A stretch of 64,000 bases of DNA, taken from contig CBFDEM010000018.1 of NCBI GenBank assembly GCA_965603825.1, positions 124,001 through 188,000 on the forward strand, given 5' to 3'. The stretch comes from Blepharisma stoltei ATCC 30299. Taxonomy: Eukaryota; Protista; Ciliophora. Positions 12,484-25,840 of the stretch are shown piece by piece (position 1 is the first letter of the stretch; every line of letters starts with the position of its first letter). Position numbers and translations under genes: made by a program. The notes beneath the pieces were generated by a model. That model searched no databases. It worked only from the letters and a program-made list of their open reading frames with translations, and was not told the origin of the DNA.

Positions 12484-13651
12484 TTAATTTTTAGTTTTAA
12501 ATCTAGAGCCATCTAATTTTCGGTCCTTGACCAGTGTCGAGCTTGAACTTAAATACGAAAGCATTTTTCCCAAAGCTTCAGTTGTATTCTGAATCCCTTC
12601 TCTTGCATATCCAAACATAGCAATAAAGGCTATGCATTCTTCAAACTCTGAGTACATCAAACTATCATTTAAGCACTCAGGATTCATCACAAGCCTGAAA
12701 ATCTTAGCAGCTTCATGGTTTGATAAAAGTCCAGGAATCATTTTTAAGTCAGATCCTAGTTGTATGACCTCATGCACATAAATCCTCAATGGATTGCTGC
12801 ATTTTTGATTTGAGTAAATATTAAAACAGTCTATAAGTGCTTTCTTATATTTGGCTATCAGCATCATTTCTTCGCTCCTCATAAGCGAAGACTTCCAATT
12901 AGGGATTCCTAAATCAATTTGATCCATTCTTTGCTGCGGCACTCTTAGGCTGCTTGCTAAAATTCCTAAAGCGTTTTCTTTGTCTTTATGAATAATATCA
13001 GCAACTTCTGTCATGATCTCCACAAATTTCTCAAAATTAACTTGTTTGCCTTGGCTTAATCTATGAAAAAGCAGCTCAGCAGTATTCATAGTAAAAGATT
13101 CCGAGTTTATTAAGTTTAATTCAGTGCACATCAATCTAAACAAGCTTTGGTCAAAAAATGTTTGGTTCCAATGGAGTAATGATGAATATCTAATAAAAAT
13201 TGATCGGAGTTGGGCTATATAAAACGTTACTGAAAGTTTCAAGACCGATTTCAGCAATCATTATTGAGGATTTTGAATTTCTAGACATACGAGATGAAGG
13301 TCTTGAAGAGGATTCTGGGAGAGAAAGGCTAAATAATTTTTACGTCCTTGGAGAGGCAAGGGGAGAACCTGCTTGGGGAGCGTATTCTTTTACTCTAAGG
13401 CTTGCGGGAGGAGGAATTTTTGTTTTTTGGTCTTGTAAAGCTGAAAGTTCTGTTTTGAGCTGAGCTATTTCTTTTTTCTTTTTTTCAATAAAGTTTTCTC
13501 GGATTATAACTGGAGGTGGAGGTGGCAGAACTTTTGGCTGTTGAGGAGCAGGAGCTTTGCCTTGCTGCTTAACTGGGCCTGGACCTCTTGCAGGCTGCTT
13601 GGGAGGTGCTTTAAATTGCTGAGTATTTGGAAGAGCTCTTCGTGCATTCAT
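12484..13651 (-). CDS. Hypothetical protein (Pro/Gln-rich N-terminus, EF-hand/p25-like helical C-terminus); 3 exons
   Basis: Exons 13651-13344, 13328-13231 and 13214-12484. Removing a 15-nt and a 16-nt GT..AG intron joins ORFs 13340-13651 and 12484-13257 into one frame. Confidence 0.8.
13215..13230 (-). other. 16-nt spliceosomal intron GTAACGTTTTATATAG
   Basis: GT..AG, A at position 11; removal gives exactly the frame change needed. Confidence 0.85.
13329..13343 (-). other. 15-nt spliceosomal intron GTAAAAATTATTTAG
   Basis: GT..AG, A at position 10; removes an in-frame TAA. Confidence 0.85.
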
Positions 13652-13947
13652 TTTTTTCTATTTAATTTTGAAAATTTAATATAAATCATTTTTTGGTTAG
13701 AAATTAAACCACATATTTGATTAAAAGCTTTGATTAAGAGCACAAAGGAGTACTTTTCAGTGATATTTAGGCTTTTACAAGCTGCAATTTTTATTATTAG
13801 CTGTCAAATAAAATAATTGATTCAGGAATGATATAATATAAATTTAAAAAATTACTTCCCTATACAAGTTAGCTTATAATACGATTAGCTGCATTACCTT
13901 TCAAACATAGGAACATCTTGCAATTTTTCTGATTACAAACATTGGAT

Positions 13948-14490
13948 TTAAAATCTGCTCTGCTTCTTTTTTGCAAACGCTTCCTGTTTATTTCCTAGCA
14001 TGCTAATAGAAGGACTTCTAACTGTTGGCGTTGCAACAACACTTCTTGTCGACATTTCAGCTGTTTGTTCCACCTCAGTATACTTTAAATGTGCTAACTC
14101 TCTTGCTGTCTTTGACGTTTTATCTTTTAAAACATCTTCAAGCTCTCTTACTTTAGCTTCTTCTCTTTCCACCATTTCTTGCAAATAAGAAGTCGGGTGC
14201 ACAGGCTCTCTTGCCGCTTTTCTTGCTAAAACTAAGCTTTGCTCTAAAACATTTTCATAATTATTCTGAGATTGCTCTAATTGGCTTTCCAATTGCTCAA
14301 TAAGCTCTCTTTGCTTTTGAATGATGCTTAGCATGCTTTCTACTTCTTGATGCATATTTCCAGTAAGGATAACAGAAGGGTTATGTCCTTGAATAATGTT
14401 GGTGAGCTTTGGAAGGTTGTTTCTTATGATGCGGTTTTCTTCACGTAATGATTTGTTTTCTTCTTGATAGGCTTGCTCTAACTTACTCAT
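13948..14490 (-). CDS. Coiled-coil protein, 180 aa
   Basis: ATG..TAA ORF with heptad-rich E/Q/K/L content. Confidence 0.75.
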   Translation of the reverse strand: MSKLEQAYQEENKSLREENRIIRNNLPKLTNIIQGHNPSVILTGNMHQEVESMLSIIQKQRELIEQLESQLEQSQNNYENVLEQSLVLARKAAREPVHPTSYLQEMVEREEAKVRELEDVLKDKTSKTARELAHLKYTEVEQTAEMSTRSVVATPTVRSPSISMLGNKQEAFAKKKQSRF

Positions 14491-14629
14491 GGAATTAAAA
14501 TTATTTAGTAAATTAAGCTATATTTTAATGAAAATAATCTGCATATTAATTCGATAATCCTTATTAAATATGCGACATGTGGGTCACCGAATATTTTCAT
14601 ATTTTAATAGAAGTTAGGTTCATAGGACA

Positions 14630-16420
14630 ATGCTTCCTGGGCTTGATAAAAAGTTACACCATATCCGGCGTTTAAGCGCACAAACCCCTGCAGCCAACTG
14701 CCCGACAAACAGAAAATCACGTATAAGTTACCTAAAATTATCTACCCCTGTTTCTCGAACATCTCCATCATCTCCAACTTTTGAAAATACAGCAAAACCC
14801 TTTAAGGATTATGATATAAAATTCCAAGAATGCCCTACTCCACAAGATATGCTTAAAAGCATTAAGTCCTCTTTTGCAGAAAACAAGCGTTTTTTAAACC
14901 CCTCTATTGAGAGAAATTTAGAAAAAATGAATTTCAGTCATCAGCCGCAGGCTGATGCAAATCCACCGTATAAGTATGAAAAGGAGTATAGACCTCCCCC
15001 ACAAATTGAAGTAAGGCATTCAGACTACGTCGAAAAATTTTACCATTCCCCAGAGTCGGCAACTTTACAAAATAAAATATCATTTCCAGGAGATTGGGAT
15101 TTTGACGTAAAAAAAATTTTAAAACAAAGCGAAAGCATCGCTTTCGCCAAAGCCCTGGGAAATAAAATCGCAGCAAAAAATAACCCGGAAGAAGCAAATG
15201 CTCCAGATGAATTTTTGAACCTTTTGTTAAGGGAAACTGAGACACAACAAACTATAGAAAAAGATGAGCATCCCGAAATTACAAAATTTTTCTGATACAA
15301 AAATATCTACGCAGGTCCGCCTTCAAGAGAAGGCGGAAGTTTAGTAAAAATCAAAGGAAAATATTATTTATTTGGAGGCCAAAACAGAATAAAGCATAGT
15401 GATATTAGAGTTTTTGACCCTCTTAAATGGACATGGTCTATCTTAGAAACAGAATACAGTCCTAAAGGAAGAATAGGGCATTCGGCTGTTGGCTATAAAG
15501 GGAAAATGATTGTGTTTGGAGGCTGATCTCAGTATTCTGCCCGCTTAGGTATCCGAAGATGTGTAAAAAAACTGTTTGTTTATAGTATAAAATCAAATAA
15601 ATGGCAGCATTATATAGGTGCTGGTCTGCTGCCATCAGCAAGAAGACATCAAGCGTCCAGTAGAATTGGAAAAACAATGATCATGTTTGGTGGAATTAGT
15701 CAAGAATCAAAAGTTTTAAGCAGCTTATATACACTTGATATTAAAGATCAAAGGTGAACTAAACATAATATTAGCGGCGCTAAGCCTTGTGGCCGCTCCC
15801 ATTCTACTTTAACATCTGTTTATCCTTCAGCGATTATGGAAATGTTCAATTTTGACCTTTTTTCGATCCCAATCCAAGTTGGCTCTTCGAATGGATTTTA
15901 TTTGTTTGGCGGAAATTCTATGAGAGGAGAGGCAAAAAACGATTTATGGATTTTAAGGCCAGTTGATGGCTATTTAGTATGAAAAGAGTTGAAACCTAAA
16001 GGAAATACGCCATCAGCTAGATTTGATCATACAACTGTATATGTGAACCATAGACTTATAATTTATGGAGGGAGAAATGATGCACTGTTAAATTTTGAAA
16101 AAAACTCTCCTTGTAAGGATATTGGGATTCTAAAAATAGAAACCTTGGAATGGGAAAATGTATTTATTTCTGGAGATCAGCCTAATTTTCGATGGGGACA
16201 TAATGCTGGAGTTATTGGTAGCAAAATGATTATTCTGGGAGGACTTGATTATTATCAGTTTATGAACTCAGACATGCTTTTACTTGAAACTGATCAAATA
16301 ATAGCTAAAGAACGAATCAAAGCTTATGAAGAACAGCCAAGACCAAAGGAAGAAACGAAAATTAATTTCAAAAAGTATATAACAGAGCTAACATCAAAAT
16401 TCGGATTAGCTGAAATGTAA
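14630..16420 (+). CDS. Kelch-repeat beta-propeller protein
   Basis: One frame through TGA at 15293, 15524, 15755 and 15980. Repeated P..R.GH...YLFGG...W kelch units, with several TGAs at the kelch Trp. Ends TAA. Confidence 0.92.
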
Positions 16421-16944
16421 ATTTAATACGATATCTTTTGCAATAATAATTTATTAGTTGGATAATCAATGTTATGCTTTATTGAATGAATTTTTCATTA
16501 TTCTGATTGTCATCAACATAAGCCACTAAGGAAAACTTTTTTGCTAATTAAACTAAATTTTCGTTTACAAAACATCTGACAAGCCACCAATGCTACTTTT
16601 TGGCCTATAATAGTAAATTATGATAGATACTTTTTCTCTCATTATATGATGATGCCAGCTAGCATTTCTACTTTCAGTTTTCCTTATTTTTATTTCCTTT
16701 ATTGTTTTTACATCAAATAATCGCTTGAGAAAGAGTCTCAACTGTTTGCTGCTTAAATGATGAGCTTCACTTTAAATATTATTCTTCCAGCTTCAGATGC
16801 AGCCTTAGTTTTCACAATATACATACGTATCTCCAAAACAAAATCTTATATATCGCAGCTCCCCTCTATTTATTATCTCCCCGCACGTTTGCATCCTCTT
16901 TCTTCTGAGTCATATTTTTGCCACTAAAGCATATGGTCATAAAT

Positions 16945-17295
16945 ATGGTAAAGAGCCTTGATCGTCTTTATAGCAGAGCCGTCTTCCTTGGTTACAGAAG
17001 AGGAATTACCCTACAAAACGAAAACCAATCATTACTAAGAGTCGAAGGTGTAAAGACAAAAGAGGACGCCAAATGGTACATCGGAAAGAGAGTCGCTTAC
17101 GTTTACAGAGCTCACACAGCACAAACCAAAAAGAACAAACAAACCAAATACAGGAGCATTCAAGGAAAAGTAATTGCAGCTCATGGAACAAATGGAGTTG
17201 TAAGAGCAAGATTTTCCCATAATCTTCCTTCACAAGCTATTGGAAAGTTAGTCAGAGTTATGCTTTACCCAAATAGACCAGCTATAGCTAACTAA
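16945..17295 (+). CDS. RPL35A: 60S ribosomal protein L35a (eL33)
   Basis: RLYSRAVFLGYRRG, SLLRVEGV, YIGKRVAYVY, HGTNGVVRARF..NLP..AIG..VRVMLYP. Confidence 0.97.
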   Translation: MVKSLDRLYSRAVFLGYRRGITLQNENQSLLRVEGVKTKEDAKWYIGKRVAYVYRAHTAQTKKNKQTKYRSIQGKVIAAHGTNGVVRARFSHNLPSQAIGKLVRVMLYPNRPAIAN

Positions 17296-17611
17296 ATGAA
17301 TTTTAACTTCAGTAATTTCTTTGAATTTTAATAAATAGAGCCTAAAATCAAAATTTAGATTTATGTGATTAAAATATAGAGATTAATAAAGTATTTGTAA
17401 GCTTAAATTATAAAGGTGATTTTATTTTTAAATTAAATATATGCAAATAATATTGATCCCATATTTATAAGGCATATTTATTCCTTGAAATAGCCTCGCT
17501 TAGCTTGTGTTTCAAAATTATACATTCACTGATCTTAGCCTAATTATCATTAGGATATGAAACAACTTGTATTCCTATCAAAATTTTCATAATTTTAAAT
17601 TCAATAATAAA

Positions 17612-20600
17612 ATGATAGTGTTGCTTCTTTTTCTAGCAATTTCCGCAACAGCTACAACTAATACTTATCTCACTTTTTCCTCAACTTCTAACCCTTCCAG
17701 CGCTGAGATCACACTTACAACAGATATTTCATACTTCGCCAGCAATTACCAAGACTATACGATAGAATTTTGGATGCGCCCAACGTGGAATACGAAGACA
17801 GTTTCTGTTAAAAACGTGACCAGGGACAGTGCAGACTGGGTTCTTCAATACACTCCAGGAACTCAAACCTTGCTTCTTAATCGCCAGACAACCTACATAA
17901 ATTACTGCCAATTTACGTATGTTCCAGTTGGTGTATGAACCCACATAATGTTTGCAAAAACTTACAGTACTTTAAAATTCACCTGTTATATGAATGGGCT
18001 GTCTACCAATGTAACAGAAACAGGCACCGCATCCTTAATTGGGTATTACCCTAAATATGTTTACCTTGGCAGCACTTATGAAGGGAACATCCTTGACTTC
18101 AGATTTTGGCTTGCCGATGTAAGAACAGAAGCCAATGTACTTAAATATATGAACCACTATTTCAGCTCTTCTTTCCCTAGTACTCTTTCACTATATTGGA
18201 GATTAATGAACCCAAGCAGCACCACTGCAACTACCCTTACAGAATCTGTCGCAGGAAATTCCGCATCTATTGGCTCCAGCTTTGTAAAGGCTTCACTTTG
18301 GGTCAGTGAAACTTCTAATGATATCGTGTGTGCTACTAGTCAGTATATAGCAAGTGGGACCTGCACTGCTTGTAGCAGCTCTTGCAGCATGTGCACAAAT
18401 TCAGGGTTATCATGTACAAGCACTGCATCTAATTATTTTGATAGAGGCTTAGATTCCACCAATACTGTATATTGGGTTCCTACAAGTGGCTCTGCTGCAA
18501 CTTTTGAATTTTGGGTAATGCCGAATACATGAGATGTATCGTCTCAGCCAGTTTTATATTTTCAGCCAGTTTTGCTTATCCAAAGAAAAGCTGACACTTC
18601 AAATATAGTTTTCATTAACTCAGCAAGTAATGAAAACCTTCAGTTGTCTATGCCTGCTAAAGAGTGAGCACATATAGCATTTACAAGAAGTGGGACATCA
18701 AATATTATAGCTAATATTTATTTTAATGGCGTTTTGAAATATACAGGCCAATGGAGTTCAACCTTTGAAACTATTGTTGACATTTGGCTAGGCAAAACTT
18801 CATCAACAAGTGCTAATTTTAATGGAGTTCTACAAGAACTTAGGCTGTGGAGCGCAGTCAGGACAAGCTCAGAGATTGCGTCGTATATGAACTTAAAAAT
18901 GGGATCAACACTTCCTTCAACGCTATCTGAGTATTGGCCTTTGAATGAAGGATCAGGGACAACTATAAATGATAAGAAAAACAGTGTGAGTATATATAAA
19001 AGTATCATTGGGAACTTGTGGAGATCATTAGACTGCACAACAGAAGGCTGTAAAATATTGTGCACTGAAGGGTACTATATGAACTCGACAACGGGAGTGT
19101 GCACTGCTTGTGATGTATCCTGTGGACTTTGCAATGCCTATGGCGCAAGCAGCTGTTTAACATGTGCGACAACTTATCCTTATCAAATAAGTGACTCGCC
19201 TATTTGCTATTCATCTTGCCCTTCTGGTTATGTGCTTTTAACAGGGACAACTACATGTGCAAAATGTGCCTCAAACCAGTTTATTAGCAGCGGGTCTTGT
19301 GTAAACTGTGACTCATCATGCTTAACATGCTCTGGGTCTTCAAGCTCTCAATGTTTGTCCTGTGCTAGCGGCTATACATTGGTATCTGGCACCTGCGCTG
19401 CAAACTGCCAAACTGGACAATATAGAGATACACCTACGACTTGTAAAACATGTGACTCATCATGTTATACTTGCAGCGGATCAAGCTCAACGTGTATTTC
19501 ATGTAGCTCAACATTAGTTCTTTATAATAGTCAATGCGTGTCTTCTTGCCCAGAAGCCACCTACAATAGCGGAACATCCTGTATCAGTTGTGACACTTCT
19601 TGTGCAACATGCAATGGAGGAACCAATTTAAACTGTGTCACATGTGCTAGTGGCTACCCATATAGAGACTCAACAGGCAAATGCGTGGCATCTTGCCCAA
19701 ATTTGTTAGTCCCAAGCCAAAACTTGTGTGTCGATTTTTGTCCTACTAATTATTATGCTTCAAATAGCCAGTGCTTACCATGTGATCCAAGCTGCTCTGG
19801 CTGCACTGGAGCGGGGGCATCAAATTGTGCTGGATGCAGTAATAGTTATCTTTATAATGGAGCTTGCTATGCAACTTGTCCGAGTAATACATTTGTTAGT
19901 GGAACTTCTTGTGCTAATTGTGATTCAACATGCTCAGGATGTAGCGGATCAGCATCTAATCAATGCACTGCATGTGCAACAGCTTATCCATATAGAGAAT
20001 CTGGAACTAATTTGTGTGTGGCTACTTGCCATGCGACTTATTATTTAGTCGCTGACCTCAAAAGCTGTGTTACTTCTTGTCCTTTAGGTTATTACATATC
20101 TGGAACTAATTGTTTGCCATGTGATACCTCTTGCGCAAGCTGCTCTGGAACCTCAACTTCCTGCACTACCTGTGCTGCTGGACAATTTTTGTATTCAAGC
20201 CAGTGTCTTACAAGCTGTCCATCAACAACTTACGTCGAAGAAGGATTATGCCTTGCGTGTAGTACCTCCTGCTCTACATGTAATGGTCCTTCATCCAGCA
20301 ATTGTACAGCATGTCCAACAGGCTATTACCTCTCTTCAGGTGTATGCTCTCCAGGATGTGCTTCTGGCTCTTATACACTAAATGGTGTCTGCTATACTTT
20401 ATGCCCAAGTGGATACTACGGCACTTCTTCTTTTACCTGCATAGCATGTGATTCTACCTGTTTAAACTGCAACGGCCCTTTAGCAACCAACTGTATATCC
20501 TGCCCAACTGGAAAAGTGTTATACTCAACCTCATGTGTTGACCAATGTCCTACACAATATTATCAAGACTCAAGCACTAATAAATGTATTCAATGTGCTT

Positions 20601-23600
20601 CAGGCTGCGACGTATGCACTGGGTCATCTATCGAATCTTGCTCTCAATGCTCAAATAGTATGCTTATTTATATTGGCAGAGATGGGACAGGGTCATGTGT
20701 TTCTACCTGCCCTACAGGGTCTTATCAAAATAACACTTCGTGTGCCCTTTGTGCTTCATCATTATGTCAACAATGTACTGACCAAACTAGCTGCCAAATG
20801 TGCGCGTCAGGGTCATATATGAGCTATCTAGATTCAAGCCAATGCTTAAGTTCATGCTCATCAGGACAGCTTCAAGATTCAACCCAAAGGAAATGCTATG
20901 GGTATACTTCTAGATACCCAACTGGGTCTATTAACCTTTCTGATCTTACCAAAATTCAAATAGCTTACCCTGTAAGCATAATCAAAGGTATCGGCACTAT
21001 CAATGTTTACAAGATAACTACAGATGCCACTACTAATATTTTAAGCCTCGATACTGACAGTACAAGTATTTTGCTGCTCTCCAATACTATTTCAATAGCA
21101 GTTTCTTCACAGCTGTTTTCTTATTCCTCAACTTATGGCATTGAAATTATTGCTGGTACAATTACAACTTCTACAGGAGCTTCCAATGTGCTGATTTCTA
21201 AGACCGATTGGATTTTTACAGTGAATGGGTATACATATTTACCCCTAGTGACGATTATTAATAAAGGCTTAAAAGGCATTGAAGTACCTAAATCTCAATC
21301 CTTTGTGCTTGATGCTTCTAATTCTTATGATCCTAGTGGATCTCTGGCTTCAGTCACTCTTTCTTATTCCTGAACTTGTAATGATCTCAGTTCAAACTAC
21401 CAAGACTACATGACAGGAATTTCCACAACCTGGGCTGACTATGTCTTAAAAGTCAGCACAACTCAGCCTCCTACAAAAACCTGCACATTTTGGAATTATA
21501 ATAGCCCTCCAACCACCATGGTATATACTGAAAATAACGTTCTATCTGTAGACACAGTCCTCCAATACATTTTTACTATGAGCGACAACAATAAAAGGTC
21601 ATCAAGCTCCTCAATATTTGTAAGAGTGGTTAGCAGCAGCCAAACCCCTTTGTCATTTACATCGACTCCTTTATATAAAATAAATACAGATAGACCTTTT
21701 CAGCTTGCGGCGTCAACTGATTATAATTATAACCCTAGTGGGCTTAAATGGATATATACGACAACAGGACAAGCTCCAACATTTTTGACACCACTTACAG
21801 GGACATGACTTTTAACAGTGGGAGAAAATTCGATGACGGCAGGAGCGAGCTATACTTTTAGCTTGACATATACTGATAATGCAGTAAAAACAACAGCTGT
21901 GGTGTCAGTTACTACAAATACTCCACCTTCTGGGGGACTGCTGTATTTAGATAAAACGACAGGAACTGCTTTGATGACAATTTTTAATGGGCAGATGCTT
22001 GGGTGGGTTGATGACGATTTGCCACTGTCTTATTCGTTTTCTGTGGCACCATCATATATATCAGGCCAAAATGAAATTGCTGAGTATTTAATTACTGGCC
22101 CTCAGTCGTCTCCTGTATTTGCTACTTATTTTGCAAGAGGAATGACCACTGTTATAGGGTATTGTTATGATTCTTATGGAGCAAAATCTTCATCAACTTT
22201 ATCAATAACCATTAGCGATTTGACTGACATTGTCAAAATTTCTGACCAGTCACAGCTGATTCCTTATGAAACTACTGAAAATAACGCAGTTATCAGTCTA
22301 CAGATGTCAGGAGCTGTCGCTATACAATTAAATGCGACTTTTACAGATGAATCATCTGTACTAGCAATTAAAACGAGGCTGCTTAGTATTGTGAATCAAG
22401 CTATTTTAACAGCAGATTCACTATACACAGATGGATCTCAAAGCGAAGCTGTCTACATTTACTATGCAAGCATGATGGCGCTAGAGCCTATAGTAAGGCA
22501 ACCATCTTCTCTATCCATTTGTAACACAACACTAAACTATTTAAATGATATTCAGCTTGAAAGACTAGCAGTAAAACAAACCTTAACCGTTTCTAGCTCA
22601 AATGCAGCAGCTACAAGTACCCAAAATGTATTAAGCACAAAGCAGTTCATAAATTTATCCCAAGCTTTATCGAAAATTATAATATATATTACTGATTTAT
22701 CTGATAGTAGCGAACTGATTTCTTCAGTTACTGAGCTGATCGTCAATATAAATAAAGTCATGTCGTTAGATCTTCAATTGACAGAGGATGCAAGAGATAT
22801 AAGCCTAGATCGAATCAATGTAAAAGCTGCTAAGGATTTGATTACTAATCTTAAAGGAACTACACTCAGTTTAAATAATGGAGCAAGTGTAAAGATACCT
22901 CAACTGAGTGGAAGCGAATCTGTGCAAGTGTTAGCGGCACGTATAGAAAATAATCCGTTTGATACTACTTCAACAGTAAGCCTGGATGAGTTTATTCAGG
23001 TGGATTTCTTAAATGCAGATACTGGAGCAACTATAGCAATGAAAAATTTATCTGACCCATTTTTGATTTCTTTCAATGTTACCAGAGATTCGCTTAGCAT
23101 ACTTCAGCAAAGGGTAAGTCAAGAAAGAGACTCCAACGTACTTATATGGCCAGAGTGTTCTTTTTGGAAAAATACATCTTGGTCATCAGATGGCTGCAGC
23201 CTTTACAACATGGGAGAGGTCTACACTTACTTTGAATTTGGTAAAAGCATTCCTAACTATTTCCAGCTAGTCTGCGCTTGCAACCATCTTTCTCAGTTTT
23301 CCATCAACTTTCGCGCATCTCAGCAGCTTCAAGTTCCATCCTACATAATTAGAGCTAATGACGACCCTGTATTTTCATTCAGATACTGGGAAAGTGCAAT
23401 AGTGATTTATCTAATGTTCATTGGTCTCGCCTCTTATTTTATTGGCCTCAGCTTTGCGTATTACTGGGACAATTTCAACCCTGGCTTATCAATTCCTTCA
23501 GTAGAAACCGAAAAATCCTTTAGATACTGTGATCCAAAGAAGGTAGAAGCTGTTTTATCTCAGCTTGAAAGAGAACTTATAAGGCAGCTTCAAGATTCCA

Positions 23601-24962
23601 ATAAAAGTAAAAAAACCGCAAACCCTGGAGTTTACATAAGCAAAATCTTATCAACTGGGTTGGTCAATAAACTGATGCAGCAAAACGAAAAAGCCCCTAA
23701 AGGCCAAATAGAAGCCTATGACATTTCTGACCAAATGCATCCAATAGAAACCCTCCTTTATGACGAAAATGACTATGAATCTAATGAATATGAAGGATCC
23801 CAACATTCAAATAAATTTTTATATAAAGATGAAACAATGCTATCAAGAATTAAAAAATACATGAAAAAAGGTGTAGGAGACCCAAGGTATAATCCAACTG
23901 TAACGTCTGATTTTGATGCAAAAGGTCCAGGAATGCTTTCTAGAAAGGACCTAGAAAGCACAATCGCTCAGCTAAAGCTTCATATGAACCATTTGGAGAC
24001 GAATACACAAGCTTCAACCCCTATAGACCAGTTTTTGTCAAGATACGATGACTCATTGAAGCTTTCTCCTAATATTATTCGTAGACTGCATTTGGATGAT
24101 AAAGAATTAAAGAAAGGAGATTTGAAGTCTTTAGGATACAGTCCACAGGAATTCGCTGCAATTAGGTGTGATAAAGATGACAATGTAATCCCTGATACAA
24201 CCTTGCTGACCGGTGGAAAATACTGTAAGTTTTATTTTAGCTGAAAAAATCGTTGAAGAAGTCAAAAGGTTTTACTATACTTTGAAGCTCGGATACTGGT
24301 CGCTATTCTGGCTCTATTTCAAAAAAGAGCACAAATTCTTCGCGCTCTTCTACAACCTGCATATAGAATACACCAAAAAACAAATGGTCACTCTGCTCGC
24401 TATATTTTGCATCATTCAGCTTCTGTTATGTCAAGTCTTTATTGCATATATGAACTGGGAATGGGAAAAAACCTACAATCAAAATGGCGTCTGCATTTGG
24501 GGCTGCAATTATGAATCTCAGCTACTAGCTGGAGCTATCTGTGCCATAATCCCATGGCCTATCTTTTATTTATGTAAATATCTTTTCGCTAGAAATTCTG
24601 TAGAATATGCAGCTGCCCATGCTTGGAAGGTCCAAGCCTACCAGAATAAGCACTGTCGAGAAATGATAGGGACTTTTGGTGTTTTTATAATGTTTATTAG
24701 CATTATTGCAGCAATAGTTATTATAAGCGTTTATGAGCCTTTCAGCTTAATTCAAGGGGAAGATTTTGCGTATTGCTACTTGGCGTCAGTTATATGGAGC
24801 TTTTTCATTGGTGAATTTTTGGGGACGCTGATTAAGGCTTGGTTTATATGGATGGCATCTCATGATTTCCACTCACAAAAGCCAGAAGAGAGAGGATTTT
24901 GGTCAGAGCTTTCAAGAAATGTCCTGACTTACCTGCCTTGTTTGCTTCCTACTGAGCTTTAA
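17612..24962 (+). CDS. Polycystin-1-like / adhesion-type receptor, ~2444 aa: signal peptide, 2x LamG, furin-like Cys-rich repeats, Ig-like, REJ, GPS, multi-pass TM
   Basis: Exons 17612-24224 and 24241-24962 (7335 nt, divisible by 3). TGA at 17936 (V*THI), 18530, 18665 (E*AHI), 21371 (SYS*TC) and 21806. LDASNSYDP and PPSGG REJ motifs; GPS C.FW...WSSDGC...CACNHLSQF. Ends TAA. Confidence 0.88.
24225..24240 (+). other. 16-nt spliceosomal intron GTAAGTTTTATTTTAG
   Basis: GT..AG, A at position 10; removal fuses ORF 21818-24244 to ORF 24213-24962 (KYS-EKIVEE). Confidence 0.9.
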
Positions 24963-25107
24963 TTATTAAAAATTATTTTTGGCGTTTATTAGAGTAAAAT
25001 TGTAAGAAAATTAACAGAAGACAGCTTATCAGATGAATTAGCTTAATTAAGCGGCTCAAAAAATCAAATTTTTACTGTCAAGGCTTCATGTAAAACTTCA
25101 CCAGAAT

Positions 25108-25575
25108 TTAAATTATTATACACCCCGTGCAGATTGATCGGCCTCTGTGGTTGTTTTGTTTAGTGTTGCCGTACTCGCTGAGCATTGATGATCGATTGCT
25201 TGAGTTTAGCGAGATATTATTTAAAATATAGCTTGTCTTTTGGTAATAGTCCTCATCTTCTGGGGCCATAAAGCTTTTAATGCTGGTGCTTACATCTTTT
25301 TCGAAAATTCCATTGAATTTCTCTGAGTTTTGTCTTGATTCAAGTAATTTCATCGATGTATCTGTTGCTCCTGATACTTCGGTGTACCTGCTTTCATTAG
25401 AAATGTCTTCATTTTTTGATTGTTTCCATGAGTCCATTTCAGTGTTTAATTGCTCCTGCTTTTCACTTTGGCTGTTATATTCTTGTTTCTCTTTAAGAGA
25501 AACACTTAGTGGGTGAAATTGTGGAGAGTTTTGTAGGATAGGTGCATTCTCAAATTGTGATGCTTGCGTTGACAT
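25108..25575 (-). CDS. Hypothetical Ser-rich protein ending in a CaaX-like motif (CTGCIII)
   Basis: First ATG at 25575; ends TAA. Confidence 0.7.
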   Translation of the reverse strand: MSTQASQFENAPILQNSPQFHPLSVSLKEKQEYNSQSEKQEQLNTEMDSWKQSKNEDISNESRYTEVSGATDTSMKLLESRQNSEKFNGIFEKDVSTSIKSFMAPEDEDYYQKTSYILNNISLNSSNRSSMLSEYGNTKQNNHRGRSICTGCIII

Positions 25576-25840
25576 TTTTATACAAATTTGGATTAAATTC
25601 ACCTATTTAAGGTATAAACTATTTTTTAAACTTTTATCATCATTTCCATGATTGATTCAGCTTGAATTTTTAAAAAATACCATAGTCTTTGCTTAATTCA
25701 ATATTAAAAAAATTATGTTTTCTATAAAAATTAAAAAAATCTGTATTTATTGTCTATATCAATTAAACATTCTATTTTACCTATTGAAATAGAACAGTCT
25801 ATTGAAATTAGACGATTTAAATTTTTTATAAATATATAAA

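Noticed and set aside
16640-16910. Box C/D snoRNA candidates (ATGATGA ... CTGA) upstream of RPL35A
   Set aside because: No terminal stem or recognisable rRNA guide found; such boxes occur by chance in AT-rich DNA.
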